Source: an archaeon
Lineage (GTDB): Archaea; Iainarchaeota; Iainarchaeia; Iainarchaeales; 0-14-0-20-34-12
Length of the DNA: 59,789 nt
Direction of reading: 5' to 3'
Assembly: GCA_038046645.1 (NCBI GenBank)
Contig: JBBSVU010000009.1
Coordinates: forward strand, 1 to 59,789
The notes below the pieces were generated by a model, which ran no database searches, had not been told where the DNA came from, and saw only the letters and a program-made list of their open reading frames with translations. Below, in pieces: positions 8,249-18,942 of the stretch. The position numbers and the translations under genes are program-made. Numbering within the stretch: position 1 is the stretch's first letter; each line of letters opens with the position of its first letter.

Positions 8249-9568
8249 TTAATCCTTTTTTATTTTTCCAAATTTAAAATATTTTTTCAGTTCAACTTTC
8301 TTAAGCAAAGCTTTCACAAAATCAGCAGGGTCTTTTCCTGCCGGAATTGTAAGGTCATATATTGCCTTTGCCGTATCCCGTGTATTGGCATTAGCACTAG
8401 GGTCTAATGAAGAACCTTTACCTTTTTTTACAATAAGATTTTTATCTGCCTGAAATCTTGTAGCTAAAGACCATTCAATATTTGAAAAATCATTTATATC
8501 AATTATATCTTTATCAACAACAAATGCATGTTTTAAGGAGGAATGCCCTCTAAAAGCTGCTTCCCCTGCTTTTATTCCGTCATCTGCATTTTTCTTGTCA
8601 ATCTTAACAACGGCATGCAACCAATCACATCCTCCAGGAGTAATGCTAACATCCAAACAATTGCAAACCTTGCTTACTTCTTTAAATATTGTCGGTTCCC
8701 TTGGCATGCCCATCAAGGTTTTATGTTCCAAGCCGCCAGGCAATAATGCATGCCAAATTGCATTTTTTCTGTGTGTGATTTTTTTTACTTCAAAAACAGG
8801 CTGTTTTCTTACAATATCATAGGTTTCAGTCAAATCAACAAATTTGCCTTCATCTTCAAATGAATTAATTATGCGGCCTTCCAAAACAAATTCACAATCT
8901 GCAGGAATTAAAATATCTGAGGTTTTTGCTTTAACAACATCAAACTTTTTAATTGAATTTGCAATTGTCAATTCATTAATTCCTATTTCGGTTGATGTCG
9001 CCCCAGCCAATGAAACCTGGGCAGAATTACCAATGCATAACGCGACATCCAGTTCATTGCCGTTCCTTTTTATGAATTCATTCAGGTGCCTAGGAAGAAT
9101 CCTTACTGAAAACCTTTTTTTATCAAGTTGCATGCACCTGTGAAAAGAAACGTTTTGGCCTAATTCATTATCCTTTGCAATTATTACCCCGCTTGTTACA
9201 TAGTTTCCGCCATCCTCAGGATAATGGAATAATAATGGAATTTTATCCAAATCAACATGCTTTTCCCCTATTTCCTGGCAAGGCGCTTTTGCTATTTCAT
9301 TAGGCTCGGACCTATTTTCAAGTGCATTAATCATTAATTGAATTAATCTTTCAGGTTTTACCCCAAAATATTCTGCAACAAGTTCTTTTTTTGAAAAAAC
9401 ATTTGCTGCTATCCTAAATTCGGATTCTTTCACATTTTCAAACAGAAGCGGATTCCCATCAAGCTGCTTCATTAATGAAGAAACATCCAATCGTTTCGAA
9501 ATCTGCTTTTTTGTTTTTAACAATCTGCCCTGCTTGCCAAGCCTGCTTAAAAAATCCCTAAAACTCAT
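8249..9568 (-). CDS. ubiD: UbiD-family prFMN decarboxylase, probable anhydromevalonate phosphate decarboxylase
   Basis: DGGNY, SFHR, EGKFVD, EH, GSSLDPS; start overlaps the ubiX stop. Confidence 0.9.
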   Translation of the reverse strand: MSFRDFLSRLGKQGRLLKTKKQISKRLDVSSLMKQLDGNPLLFENVKESEFRIAANVFSKKELVAEYFGVKPERLIQLMINALENRSEPNEIAKAPCQEIGEKHVDLDKIPLLFHYPEDGGNYVTSGVIIAKDNELGQNVSFHRCMQLDKKRFSVRILPRHLNEFIKRNGNELDVALCIGNSAQVSLAGATSTEIGINELTIANSIKKFDVVKAKTSDILIPADCEFVLEGRIINSFEDEGKFVDLTETYDIVRKQPVFEVKKITHRKNAIWHALLPGGLEHKTLMGMPREPTIFKEVSKVCNCLDVSITPGGCDWLHAVVKIDKKNADDGIKAGEAAFRGHSSLKHAFVVDKDIIDINDFSNIEWSLATRFQADKNLIVKKGKGSSLDPSANANTRDTAKAIYDLTIPAGKDPADFVKALLKKVELKKYFKFGKIKKD

Positions 9569-10125
9569 TTTTCCTTCCACCTTTTGAATTTTTTATTTTC
9601 TATTTCTAAAACATCCAGGCACTTGCCGACAATAAAATCTTTTATATCTTGCAAATTTTTTGGCCTATGATAAAATGCTGGTGATAAGGGCAGTACAATT
9701 GCTCCGCATAAGCTCAATTTGTAAAGCATTTCTAATGCAGCAGTACTTAACGGGGTTTCCCTTATGCAAACAATAAGTTTTTTTCTCATCTTTAGAATAT
9801 TGTCAGCAGCCCTTGAAATTAAATTGCTTGCATCAGCATGCGCTATTTCGCTAGCGGTTTTTATGCTTGCCGGAATAATTATCATTGAATCAACAAGGAA
9901 ACTTGAGCTTGAGATGCCTGCAGACAAATCCTTGGAATCATAACAAAAATTAGCAAGCTTCTTTACTTCATTAATTGAATACTCAGTTTCTGCTTTCATA
10001 ACTTCAGAAGCCCATTCTGAAATGATTAAATGTATTTCAATCTTCTGTTTTTTAAGTTCTTTCAGTAATTCGATCCCATAGTCAATGCCTGAAGCACCAG
10101 AAATAGCAACAATTATCCTTTTCAT
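9565..10125 (-). CDS. ubiX: flavin prenyltransferase
   Basis: ISGASG, SSSS, RAAD, RETPL, PAFYHRP. Confidence 0.93.
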   Translation of the reverse strand: MKRIIVAISGASGIDYGIELLKELKKQKIEIHLIISEWASEVMKAETEYSINEVKKLANFCYDSKDLSAGISSSSFLVDSMIIIPASIKTASEIAHADASNLISRAADNILKMRKKLIVCIRETPLSTAALEMLYKLSLCGAIVLPLSPAFYHRPKNLQDIKDFIVGKCLDVLEIENKKFKRWKEK

Positions 10126-11045
10126 TGTACACCAATTTTAGTTAAAATAACCTGACGTCCTTCTTTCTTTAATGCTTTGGCAATTTTTTTCTGTACCTTT
10201 GGAGAATCGGCAAGTGCGAACATGCAGCCACCTCCCCCTGCCCCGGTTAATTTTGCCCCTAAAGCTCCGCTTTCTAAAGCTAATTTGCAAAGCCTGTCCA
10301 ATTTTTGATTTGAAACACCAATGTCTTTTAACATATCCTGATTTCTATTCATTAATTCGCCTAATTTCACCAAATCATTTTTTGACAATGCAATCTCTGC
10401 TTCCCTTGATAAAGCATCAATCTCATCCAAATAAGCGCTAAATAATTCTTCATTAGCTTCCTTGAATTTAGCTACATTTTCAACCAAATCCTTTGTGCTG
10501 CCTTTTCTCGGGGTATCAACAATCACAACATACAATGGCTTTCTTAAAGTCAGCTTTCTTATGCCAAAATTCTTCTTAAACCATATCAAGCCGCCAAAAG
10601 TAGCGACAGTATTGTCAATGCCTGAAGGATTTCCATGAAATATCTGCTCAGCTTTAAATGCCTTTTCTGAAACCTTATTCTCATTCAGACCAAGCTTGAA
10701 ATATTCACCTATGGCTCGGACAATTGCAACACTCAAAGCAGCAGAACTGCCTAACCCAATCCCAACAGGCAAATCAGATTCAATATACAATTCGAAATTT
10801 GTTTTTGTTATCTTTAATGAGTCTAATAATCTTATAACTATGCCTTTTAGCCATTTTGTTTCCGGGTCATCCTCCAATAATTTTTTATTCTTCCACCTGT
10901 TTTTGTAATTGCAAAGAATCCCGCCTTTTTTATAAGGCTTTATTTTGGCAATTGTCTTATTTTCTATAGAAGCTGCAATTGCAGGCTTGCCATAAACAAC
11001 AAAATGCTCACCAAAAAGAATTACCTTACCGTAGCCAATTCCCAT
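10122..11045 (-). CDS. mvk: mevalonate kinase
   Basis: GKVILFGEHFVVYG, PVGIGLGSSAA, SGID, GAKLTGAGGGG. Confidence 0.95.
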   Translation of the reverse strand: MGIGYGKVILFGEHFVVYGKPAIAASIENKTIAKIKPYKKGGILCNYKNRWKNKKLLEDDPETKWLKGIVIRLLDSLKITKTNFELYIESDLPVGIGLGSSAALSVAIVRAIGEYFKLGLNENKVSEKAFKAEQIFHGNPSGIDNTVATFGGLIWFKKNFGIRKLTLRKPLYVVIVDTPRKGSTKDLVENVAKFKEANEELFSAYLDEIDALSREAEIALSKNDLVKLGELMNRNQDMLKDIGVSNQKLDRLCKLALESGALGAKLTGAGGGGCMFALADSPKVQKKIAKALKKEGRQVILTKIGVQ

Positions 11046-11152
11046 AAAAATCATGTCTTAATTTTAACAGTCAAATGTATATAATAAACAAAACAGATTA
11101 TTAAACCAGATTATTAAATGCTGTGTTTTTTAAGGATTTACGCGGAATTTAG

Positions 11153-11557
11153 CTATTTTATGACCTTAAACTTATATCCATAACTAATTGGCCCTATCTT
11201 TGAACCCTCATTTATCTTCCTAAAAACCTTCTTTACTTTAGCGCCTATGCCTATTTTAGCATCCTCGGAATCTACAATCTGGGTCAAAAGTTTTACTCCT
11301 TTCCCCAAATCCACAAGCGCCAAATGGTAGGGAGTTTCATATTCAAAGCCTTTTGGGCCGACATGCACTTTAGTATAACTAATAATTGTTCCAATACGAG
11401 GCATTTCCTTTATGATAATTTTGCCTTTTCTCCTGCATTTATGGCAGAGAACCCTTGCAGGAAAATAATAAGTATCGCAGGTTTCACAGTAACTTCCCTC
11501 TAGGTTATATCTTTCAGGGAATTTTCTCCAATTCAAAGGCAATGCATTATATGGCAT
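11153..11557 (-). CDS. DUF35 Zn-ribbon/OB-fold scaffold of the thiolase-HMGS complex
   Basis: CxxC...CxxC, YGYKF C-terminus, adjacent to thiolase. Confidence 0.9.
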   Translation of the reverse strand: MPYNALPLNWRKFPERYNLEGSYCETCDTYYFPARVLCHKCRRKGKIIIKEMPRIGTIISYTKVHVGPKGFEYETPYHLALVDLGKGVKLLTQIVDSEDAKIGIGAKVKKVFRKINEGSKIGPISYGYKFKVIK

Positions 11558-11575
11558 AAATATTCCTCCTAATCC

Positions 11576-12742
11576 TCACATTTTTTTATAAATATGGACA
11601 ACTGCTGTTGCTCCGCTTCCACCAACATTATGGGTTAATCCTATTTTAGCATCTTTTACTTGCCTTCCTTCAGCCTTTCCCTGCAACTGCCAGGCTATTT
11701 CAATTGCTTGTTTTATCCCTGTTGCCCCAACAGGATGGCCTGCTGCTTTTAAGCCGCCTGAAGTATTAATTGCTATCTCTCCCCCAATTTTAGTAAGGCC
11801 TTTTTCGGCTGCCTTACCTCCTTCCCCTTTTTTGAAAAATCCTAAATCCTCAATTGCCAAAATTTCGGCAATTGTAAAGCAATCATGCACTTCGGCTACA
11901 TCAATATCATTAGGCTTCACATTTGCTTGTTTGTATGCTTGTTGTGCAGCAATCCTTGTTGCTTTTAATTCAACAAGGGATTCTCTTCCAGATAATGCTA
12001 AGGTATCCGATGCTTGTGCGCTTGCTAAAATTTCCACACCTTCTTTTCCCAATTCAATGGCTTTTTGCTTTGAACATAAAATAACTGCTGCTGCGCCATC
12101 AGTCAATGGAGAACAATCAAGTAATTTTATCGGTTCAGCAATATATCCTGATTTCATTACATCTTCAACAGTAATCTCTTTTCTAAATTGAGCATAGGGA
12201 TTATGAACTGCATTTGCATGATTTTTTACTGCGCAAGCGGCCATCTGCTCTTCTGTTGTTTTAAATGCCTGCATATGCGATCTTGCTAATAAAGCATATA
12301 AACTGGGAAAGGTAGCTCCATGGAATAATTCTGTTTCTTGGTCTCCTGCCCCGCCCAAAGCAAATGATGCTGCTTCTGTGCTTACCTCGGTCATTTTTTC
12401 TATGCCTCCAACAGCAACAATATCATGGGCACCGGAAGCAATTGCAAAATAAGCATTTCTTAATGCAACTCCGCCAGAAGCGCAAGCTGCTTCAAGCCTT
12501 GTTGAAGGTATTGGGTTTAATCCTAGCTGATCTGCAATTAAAGCACCAATATGTTCTTGCCCAATAAATCTGCCAGAAGCCATGCATCCGCCATAAATTG
12601 CCTGTATTTCTTCCCCCTGCAATCCTGCATCGCTTATTGCTTTTACCCCTGCTTCTGCAATTAATTGCCTGAAACTTTTGTCCCAGCATTCACCGAATTT
12701 TGTCAATCCGCAGCCAATAATTACAACTTCCTTCATAATCAT
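11576..12742 (-). CDS. acetoacetyl-CoA thiolase (archaeal type)
   Basis: EAACASG, EVHDCF, GHPVGATG, HNVGG. Confidence 0.93.
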   Translation of the reverse strand: MIMKEVVIIGCGLTKFGECWDKSFRQLIAEAGVKAISDAGLQGEEIQAIYGGCMASGRFIGQEHIGALIADQLGLNPIPSTRLEAACASGGVALRNAYFAIASGAHDIVAVGGIEKMTEVSTEAASFALGGAGDQETELFHGATFPSLYALLARSHMQAFKTTEEQMAACAVKNHANAVHNPYAQFRKEITVEDVMKSGYIAEPIKLLDCSPLTDGAAAVILCSKQKAIELGKEGVEILASAQASDTLALSGRESLVELKATRIAAQQAYKQANVKPNDIDVAEVHDCFTIAEILAIEDLGFFKKGEGGKAAEKGLTKIGGEIAINTSGGLKAAGHPVGATGIKQAIEIAWQLQGKAEGRQVKDAKIGLTHNVGGSGATAVVHIYKKM

Positions 12743-12756
12743 CTTCCTTCATTAAA

Positions 12757-13803
12757 TTATAATGATTTTATCTTTCTCCTGTGCTTTATGTACAAAGCAT
12801 AATCAACATACTCTTTCTCTTTAATCATATCAAACACTTTTTGCTTGGCTCTTTTCTTTGCAATATTTTTTGTAACAGTAATATCAAAAGCATCTGAACC
12901 AGCACCTGAACCAAAAGATACAGCCAAAATTCTATCGCCTGGTTCTGCCTTATCCAAAACTGAACATAAACCTATCATCGTAGCTCCAGAATAGGTATTT
13001 CCTATGTAAGGGGTAAGCAGTCCCTGTTCAACCTTCTTTGGATCTATTTCCAATATTTTTGCAGCAGTTAATGGAAATTTTCCATTTGGTTGGTGGAATA
13101 CTGCATAATTATAATCATCGGCATTTGTTCCTGCTTCCTGCATCAAAAGTTTTGCTGCACTTATTACATGCTTAAAATAAGCTGGTTCTCCAGTAAATCT
13201 GCCGCCATGTTCTGGAAATTCAGCATGCTGCCTTCTCCAAAAGTCAGGGGTATCTGTAGTAAATGAGACTGTGTGATTTATTTGTCCAATAATTTCATCC
13301 TTATTTTTCCCAACAATAATAGCTCCTGCCCCACTTCCTGCGGTAAATTCAAGTGCATCATTTGGCCTTCCTTGTGCAGTATCAGAACCGATTGACATTC
13401 CATATTCAATCATTCCACTATTCACTAAACCTAAACACATCTGCACTCCTGCTGTTCCTGCTTTGCAGGCAAATTCCAAATCTGCGGCCATTAACCTTGT
13501 ACTTGCGCCAATTGCCGTTCCAACAATGCTGGCTGTCGGCTTTACCGCATAAGGCTTGCTTTCAGAACCAACATATAAAGCACCGATCTTTTTTGCGTCA
13601 ATATCAAAATCAAAAACAGCCTTTCTTGCTGCTTCAACAGCCAAAGTGCAGGAATCCTCATCAAAGGCGGCAACTGCTTTTTCCTGAACATTTATCCCTT
13701 TTGAAATATGTTTTCCGTCCTTCTCCCAAACTCGCGCAATTTCCTCTACCCTAATCCTTCTTTTTGGGATTTGTACTCCGTATGCAACAATTCCTGATTC
13801 CAT
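12757..13803 (-). CDS. hydroxymethylglutaryl-CoA synthase
   Basis: [36 protein letters not shown]. Confidence 0.95.
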   Translation of the reverse strand: MESGIVAYGVQIPKRRIRVEEIARVWEKDGKHISKGINVQEKAVAAFDEDSCTLAVEAARKAVFDFDIDAKKIGALYVGSESKPYAVKPTASIVGTAIGASTRLMAADLEFACKAGTAGVQMCLGLVNSGMIEYGMSIGSDTAQGRPNDALEFTAGSGAGAIIVGKNKDEIIGQINHTVSFTTDTPDFWRRQHAEFPEHGGRFTGEPAYFKHVISAAKLLMQEAGTNADDYNYAVFHQPNGKFPLTAAKILEIDPKKVEQGLLTPYIGNTYSGATMIGLCSVLDKAEPGDRILAVSFGSGAGSDAFDITVTKNIAKKRAKQKVFDMIKEKEYVDYALYIKHRRKIKSL

Positions 13804-13865
13804 AATTTCACTTCAGTCCTAAAATTTTAATCAAATAATTAAACATTAAATAAAATAATTAAATA

Positions 13866-15134
13866 TCAGGTATTTTTATTTTTTCTTAATTCTGCTAATA
13901 TTTCTTTAGCCCTGTCTGCTTTTATATTCCCTTCCTTTACCATTTTGTCTGCAATAATTTCAATCTCATTATCCTTCGCGCCACCAAGCACAGCAATATT
14001 TTTGCTATGCAATTTCATATGCCCTTTCTGGATCCCTTCGGTGGATAATGCATAAATAGCAGCAAAATTTTGGGCTAATCCTACGCAGGCAATTATTTCA
14101 GAAAGTTCTTTTGCCGAATTTACTTTCATCAGCTTAAGGCAGATTTTTGCCAAAGGATGGGTTCTTGTTGCCCCTCCAACAATCCCTACTGCTAAGGGAA
14201 TTTCAATCTCCCCAACCAAATCACCATTTTTATTTTTTGAATATTTTGCTAATGGCTTGTATTTCCCGCTTAAGGAAGCATAAGCATGGCATGCAGCTTC
14301 TGTTGCCCTGAAATCATTCCCAGTTGCAATTACAACAGCGTCAATCCCATTCATTATTCCTTTATTGTTTGTAACTGCTCGATAAACATCAGCATCAGCA
14401 AAATAATAAGCTTGCAATATCCTATCCACATTTTCTTTTCCGATTGCTTCTTTCTTCCAGACTGCTTTTGCTTTCACAACCCTATTTAATGCCAAATTTG
14501 TAAGGATCCTTAGCCTTGCTTCCCCGCCAGAAAGCTCTTCCAAACTGTGGGCTATTGCCTCGCACATTGTATTTACCGCATTAGCGCCCATTGCATCCCT
14601 TGCATCAACAAGCAGATGTACAACCAAAAATTTTTGCTTTCCTTTGATTTCCCTTGCTTCAATATTCTTTGCTCCGCCGCCAAACTGCACCAAAGTTTTA
14701 TCTTGGGCATTTGCCAATTCAAGCAATTGTTTTTTATTTTTTAAAATTGCTTTTTTTGCTTTCGGAAAATTTTTAACACCAACAAGTTGAACCTGCCCAA
14801 TCATTATTTGTTCTGATGCCTTTGCTTCAAAGCCGCCGGAATCAAATGCAAGCTTTGCTGCCTTTGATGCTGCTGCTATAACACTCGGTTCTTCTGTGGC
14901 AAAAGGAATTAATCTTTCTTTCCCATTAATTTTGAAATTAGTTACAATGCCCAAAGGCAAAGAAAAGCAAGAAATAGCATTTTCAATCATCCGGTTGGCT
15001 AAATCAAAGCCTAAAGCATTAATATTCTGCTTAAGCAATTGTATTTCTTCCTCACTCAATTCTGAATTCTTTTTTAATTCGTTCAGGCGCTCTTCCAAAT
15101 TCATTTTATAAAAGCCTGGGATCTGCGAAGCCAT
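13866..15134 (-). CDS. mvaA: HMG-CoA reductase, class II
   Basis: ENAIS, ATEEPSVIAA, DAMGAN, NKGIMNG, GIQKGHMKLH. Confidence 0.93.
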   Translation of the reverse strand: MASQIPGFYKMNLEERLNELKKNSELSEEEIQLLKQNINALGFDLANRMIENAISCFSLPLGIVTNFKINGKERLIPFATEEPSVIAAASKAAKLAFDSGGFEAKASEQIMIGQVQLVGVKNFPKAKKAILKNKKQLLELANAQDKTLVQFGGGAKNIEAREIKGKQKFLVVHLLVDARDAMGANAVNTMCEAIAHSLEELSGGEARLRILTNLALNRVVKAKAVWKKEAIGKENVDRILQAYYFADADVYRAVTNNKGIMNGIDAVVIATGNDFRATEAACHAYASLSGKYKPLAKYSKNKNGDLVGEIEIPLAVGIVGGATRTHPLAKICLKLMKVNSAKELSEIIACVGLAQNFAAIYALSTEGIQKGHMKLHSKNIAVLGGAKDNEIEIIADKMVKEGNIKADRAKEILAELRKNKNT

Positions 15135-15302
15135 AATATCATAAGAATAAGCAATAAATTAAAGTCTGCTATAGAATAAAGTATTTTCGACAGTTTATAA
15201 ACTAAATAGTTGTTTTTAGGCTAAAAATTCGACAATTGACAAAATTTCAGTGAATAACCTATTGCCAGAAACCTATTTATTTACATAAATCAATTATTCT
15301 AT

Positions 15303-15551
15303 ATGGCTAACGAATTTGAAAAAGAAATGGAAACAATCCAAATATATGTAAAGGTACAGGATAGAAAAGGGAGATATGCAAATGTCAAGCTAACTGAATC
15401 TATCTTGAAAAACCTTAATAAAAACAAAAGGATTATCGGCCTTGAGGTTTTTGATTTAGCAAAAAGCAAAAAGGATGAATCTTTGGGCAATATTGAAGTA
15501 AAAAACAGCAAATCAAGCCCAAGTGAGTTCATCAAAAAATTTATTGGCTAA
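15303..15551 (+). CDS. hypothetical protein
   Basis: 82-aa ATG ORF with host-like codon usage, divergent from the MVA cluster. Confidence 0.55.
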   Translation: MANEFEKEMETIQIYVKVQDRKGRYANVKLTESILKNLNKNKRIIGLEVFDLAKSKKDESLGNIEVKNSKSSPSEFIKKFIG

Positions 15552-15628
15552 TTGAAACTCCTACTTGAAATCAAAGAGGATAACACATATAGGGTGCTTT
15601 ATTTAAGCCTTTGGCTTCTTTTTCTTTA

Positions 15629-17176
15629 ATGCAACAATTTTCAGAAACCGAGAAGCAAATTTTGAAAAAACATGTCTCCAATCTAGACAATAATGTCTAT
15701 TTAATTTTCAACCTGCCGCCAGAAGTTCGTGCGGTTTTATTCGCATATGTTTCAAGAAGCCCGCTAAGTTTCAGGGAGAATCTACTAAAACTACTGAAAG
15801 GCAAGGAATTGAATGTTTCTAATTTGGTTGAAAAATATTCTGGCGAAGAGCTTGATTTTTCAAAAGCAAATGAATCTGCAAAAGCATTTCATGAAAAATG
15901 GGTTGTCGGCTATGGGCATTCGTCAATAGCAGAGCATGCTGTTGCATCAATTGCTTTTGAAGATGTTTCAATCATTGCAAGCAAGGTGATTGAAGATAAT
16001 AGGTTAGCGTCATATACTGAAAAATCAACAAGGTATCAGGTATTTGACAAAAATAGATATTATAAGCCAAAAAAAATAATGGATTCTAAATTTTCAGGCG
16101 GATATGAAAAAACCTGCAATAATCTTTTTGACCTTTACTGGGAATTAACCCCGAAAATGATGGATTTTATAAAGGAAAAATACCCTATTGAAGCAGGGAT
16201 GAATGAAAAATTATATGAAAGCGTTTCAAAAGCAAGGGCCTGTGACAATTTAAGGTATTTATTGCCGTCTTCAACATTGACAAACCTAGCAATGACTGCC
16301 AATGCCAGGGTTTTAGAACATGCAATAAGAAAAATGCTCTCAAATCCCCTTGATGAAATGCAAGAATTAGGCTTTAAATTAAAGCAGGAAGTAACAAAAG
16401 TAATCCCTGTGCTTGTGAAATTTGCTGATTATAACCCATACATTGCAAACACTGAAAAGAAAATGTATGCAATCTGCGAACCTTACTCTGCGGAAAAACC
16501 AGTAAAAGGAAATGCAAATGAGAAAGAAGAAAATACTGCTGAGAAAGATGTTACGCTTGTTGATTATGATAAAGAAGCTGAAAATAAATTAATTGTAGCA
16601 ATTCTTTACAGATTTACCCACAAAAATTTTGAATCCTTGCTGGATAAGGCAAAAAAGATGGGTGAGAAAGAAAAATTAAAAATAATTGATGAATTCCTTA
16701 ATGAAAAAAGCCAATTTGATTCCCCATTACGTGAATTAGAACATTTGAATTATGCCTTTGATGTTCTTGTGGATTATGGTGCTTTCAGGGACATACAAAG
16801 GCACAGGATGTGCACCCAGACAAACCAATTGGTAACAACCAAAAATGGCTACTCCCTGCCTGAAGAATTAATCGAAGCTGGTTTTAAGAAAGAATTTGAA
16901 AATGCAATGCTTGAGGCAAAAGAAACATTTGAAAAAATTGCTGAAGAAATGCCTTATGAAGCCCAATATGTTGTTCCGCTCGCATATAAAAAGCGCGTTT
17001 TGATGACCTGGAATTTAAGGGAACTGCACCATTTCATAAGATTAAGAAGCAGAAAAGAAGGGCACATTTCATACAGAAAAATTGCATGGCATATGTATGA
17101 TGAATTAATAAAAGTGCATCCTTTCATCGCAAAATATATTGCATGTGACAAAAGCGAAGGGCCAAGCCGAGGATAA
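15629..17176 (+). CDS. thyX: FAD-dependent thymidylate synthase (tandem ThyX domains)
   Basis: YGHSSIAEH, EKSTRY, RDIQRHR, NLRELHHFIRLR; ATG at 15629. Confidence 0.9.
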   Translation: MQQFSETEKQILKKHVSNLDNNVYLIFNLPPEVRAVLFAYVSRSPLSFRENLLKLLKGKELNVSNLVEKYSGEELDFSKANESAKAFHEKWVVGYGHSSIAEHAVASIAFEDVSIIASKVIEDNRLASYTEKSTRYQVFDKNRYYKPKKIMDSKFSGGYEKTCNNLFDLYWELTPKMMDFIKEKYPIEAGMNEKLYESVSKARACDNLRYLLPSSTLTNLAMTANARVLEHAIRKMLSNPLDEMQELGFKLKQEVTKVIPVLVKFADYNPYIANTEKKMYAICEPYSAEKPVKGNANEKEENTAEKDVTLVDYDKEAENKLIVAILYRFTHKNFESLLDKAKKMGEKEKLKIIDEFLNEKSQFDSPLRELEHLNYAFDVLVDYGAFRDIQRHRMCTQTNQLVTTKNGYSLPEELIEAGFKKEFENAMLEAKETFEKIAEEMPYEAQYVVPLAYKKRVLMTWNLRELHHFIRLRSRKEGHISYRKIAWHMYDELIKVHPFIAKYIACDKSEGPSRG

Positions 17177-17221
17177 TAATAACCATCTTAATTAAAATTA
17201 AGAATTATTTTACAGGCCTTC

Positions 17222-18088
17222 TTATGCACATCCTTTTTGCACTTGCTGGCTGTTTTCTTCTTCTAGGCCTATTGTAAAAAACACTGGCCCTGCATGGAAT
17301 ATATCTTTGCCTCTTACAATGTTTTTAAACATTATTTTTCTGCCATAAAATTTTTCTCTTTCCATTGTTATGCCATGAGGATAACCAAGTACTGCAACAT
17401 GCACACCAGCACTAAGCATCCTGTCTAGCATATGCTTATCCCTTTCAAGTACCATTATTTGATGCGCTTCGAATAATTTCTGCATAGCCTCACTACGTAA
17501 TTTTTGTTGCACACTAGAAACATCTGACAATCTAGATCGATGCCTTCGTTCTGCAGGTTCTAACCTTCTAAGCTGTGTGTAAATTTCTTGCAACCTAGAG
17601 GATATCCTTTCCTGTTTAGGGGATTTTTGTGGCAAAATATTGGAGTTATGCCTTAGCAAATCACGTTCCCTTATTAATTTGTTATACCTAACTACTTTTT
17701 CAGGCGGATTATCCTGTAGTTTCCCTTGTTTAGCAAACAATCGCCCAGCCCTAGCCTCAAGGCTATTTTTTTCCGTTCGGACTGTCAGCATCTTTTCAGT
17801 TAATTCATCTGAATCAAGCGATACTATTCTCCTGTTGTTTCTTATACACCACTGCCAGGCCCTATAAAAAAACCTGAAATGCGAATTCTGCCTTTTCATA
17901 AACGCATTTTTTTCTCCTTGTGCCATGCTGCTTACTTGTTCAAATTGTGCCATTTGGGAAGGCATTACCTCAATGCCTATGCATTGCCCTTCACGTGTAT
18001 TCAATCGCAATGCCTCTTCAGTCACAGCCCAAGAAGGAAAATGATGCTTTACTTCAATTAACCCAACTTCATTCATAGGATCAGCCAT
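17222..18088 (-). CDS. hypothetical protein, possible TIKI/TraB/EreA-like fold with coiled-coil insert
   Basis: N-terminal His, IGIE, SLD, ERDKHM, VLGYPH in the superfamily order. Confidence 0.5.
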   Translation of the reverse strand: MADPMNEVGLIEVKHHFPSWAVTEEALRLNTREGQCIGIEVMPSQMAQFEQVSSMAQGEKNAFMKRQNSHFRFFYRAWQWCIRNNRRIVSLDSDELTEKMLTVRTEKNSLEARAGRLFAKQGKLQDNPPEKVVRYNKLIRERDLLRHNSNILPQKSPKQERISSRLQEIYTQLRRLEPAERRHRSRLSDVSSVQQKLRSEAMQKLFEAHQIMVLERDKHMLDRMLSAGVHVAVLGYPHGITMEREKFYGRKIMFKNIVRGKDIFHAGPVFFTIGLEEENSQQVQKGCA

Positions 18089-18190
18089 TAATATATATTG
18101 ACCATAAGATACTTGTTAAAAACTCTGTTGAGTCTCACGAATATAATTTTCAAAGAAACCTTTTTATTTACCTTTAACTTAGCAATAAGT

Positions 18191-18442
18191 ATGCTTCAAT
18201 ATATTGGAATTTTTGGAATGCTCTTGTTAGTAATTGCCTGGATACCTGAAACAGTTGAGATGATTAAATCAAAAAAAGCCCATTTAAATAGAAAATTCAT
18301 TTTATTGTATGTTTTTGGCTCGGGTTCATTAATTATTTATTCTTATTTTATCAAAGATTTCGTTTTTTTAACATTAAATTCCTTCATCACATTAATGGCT
18401 TTGCTGAATGGCTATTATGAAATCAGAAAGATAAGAAAATAA
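18191..18442 (+). CDS. PQ-loop/SemiSWEET-like 3-TM membrane protein
   Basis: Three hydrophobic helices, AWIPE motif; ATG at 18191. Confidence 0.65.
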   Translation: MLQYIGIFGMLLLVIAWIPETVEMIKSKKAHLNRKFILLYVFGSGSLIIYSYFIKDFVFLTLNSFITLMALLNGYYEIRKIRK

Positions 18443-18474
18443 GTGGAAAATAACCACTGGGATTAGTAATAAAA

Positions 18475-18930
18475 TTAGCTTTTTTGGCTAGTGCCCAATT
18501 CAATTGCTTCCAGGGAATCTACCGCCAGTTTAATATTTGCAGGCAGTTTTTCCCTTTCGCATATAAAAAAAAGATTTTTTCGTTCATTTGGGAAAAAAGC
18601 ATCAATTACAATTATGTTTTGGTTTGTATGGCCATTGGAATAATGATAACCAACATTGCGCAAATCATCCAACCTTACTTCCAATTCATTAGCAATTGCC
18701 TTAAGATGGACTTCAACTGCCTTTTCTTTTTCAGTAAGAGATAATGGAATATTAGTTCTATCAGATACTCTTTTTTTGGCAATATAGCCTCGTATCTCAT
18801 GAAAAACGCTTAATTGTGAATGCTCTGAAACTGAAATTGCTGGCATCCTTGCCAAAGACTTGTGCCTTACAGTTGCTATTGGCAGCTTACCCACCCTTCG
18901 TTCAGGCCTTGTAGGCAATCTTGGCGGCAT
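18475..18930 (-). CDS. hypothetical protein with Pro/Arg-rich N-terminus
   Basis: ORF immediately downstream of GGPP synthase; begins MPPRLPTRPERR. Confidence 0.55.
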   Translation of the reverse strand: MPPRLPTRPERRVGKLPIATVRHKSLARMPAISVSEHSQLSVFHEIRGYIAKKRVSDRTNIPLSLTEKEKAVEVHLKAIANELEVRLDDLRNVGYHYSNGHTNQNIIVIDAFFPNERKNLFFICEREKLPANIKLAVDSLEAIELGTSQKS

Positions 18931-18942
18931 AAAAATCATAAA

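Noticed and set aside
11092-11118. CAGATTATTAAA tandem repeat between DUF35 and mvk
   Set aside because: Two short AT-rich units; likely simple slippage
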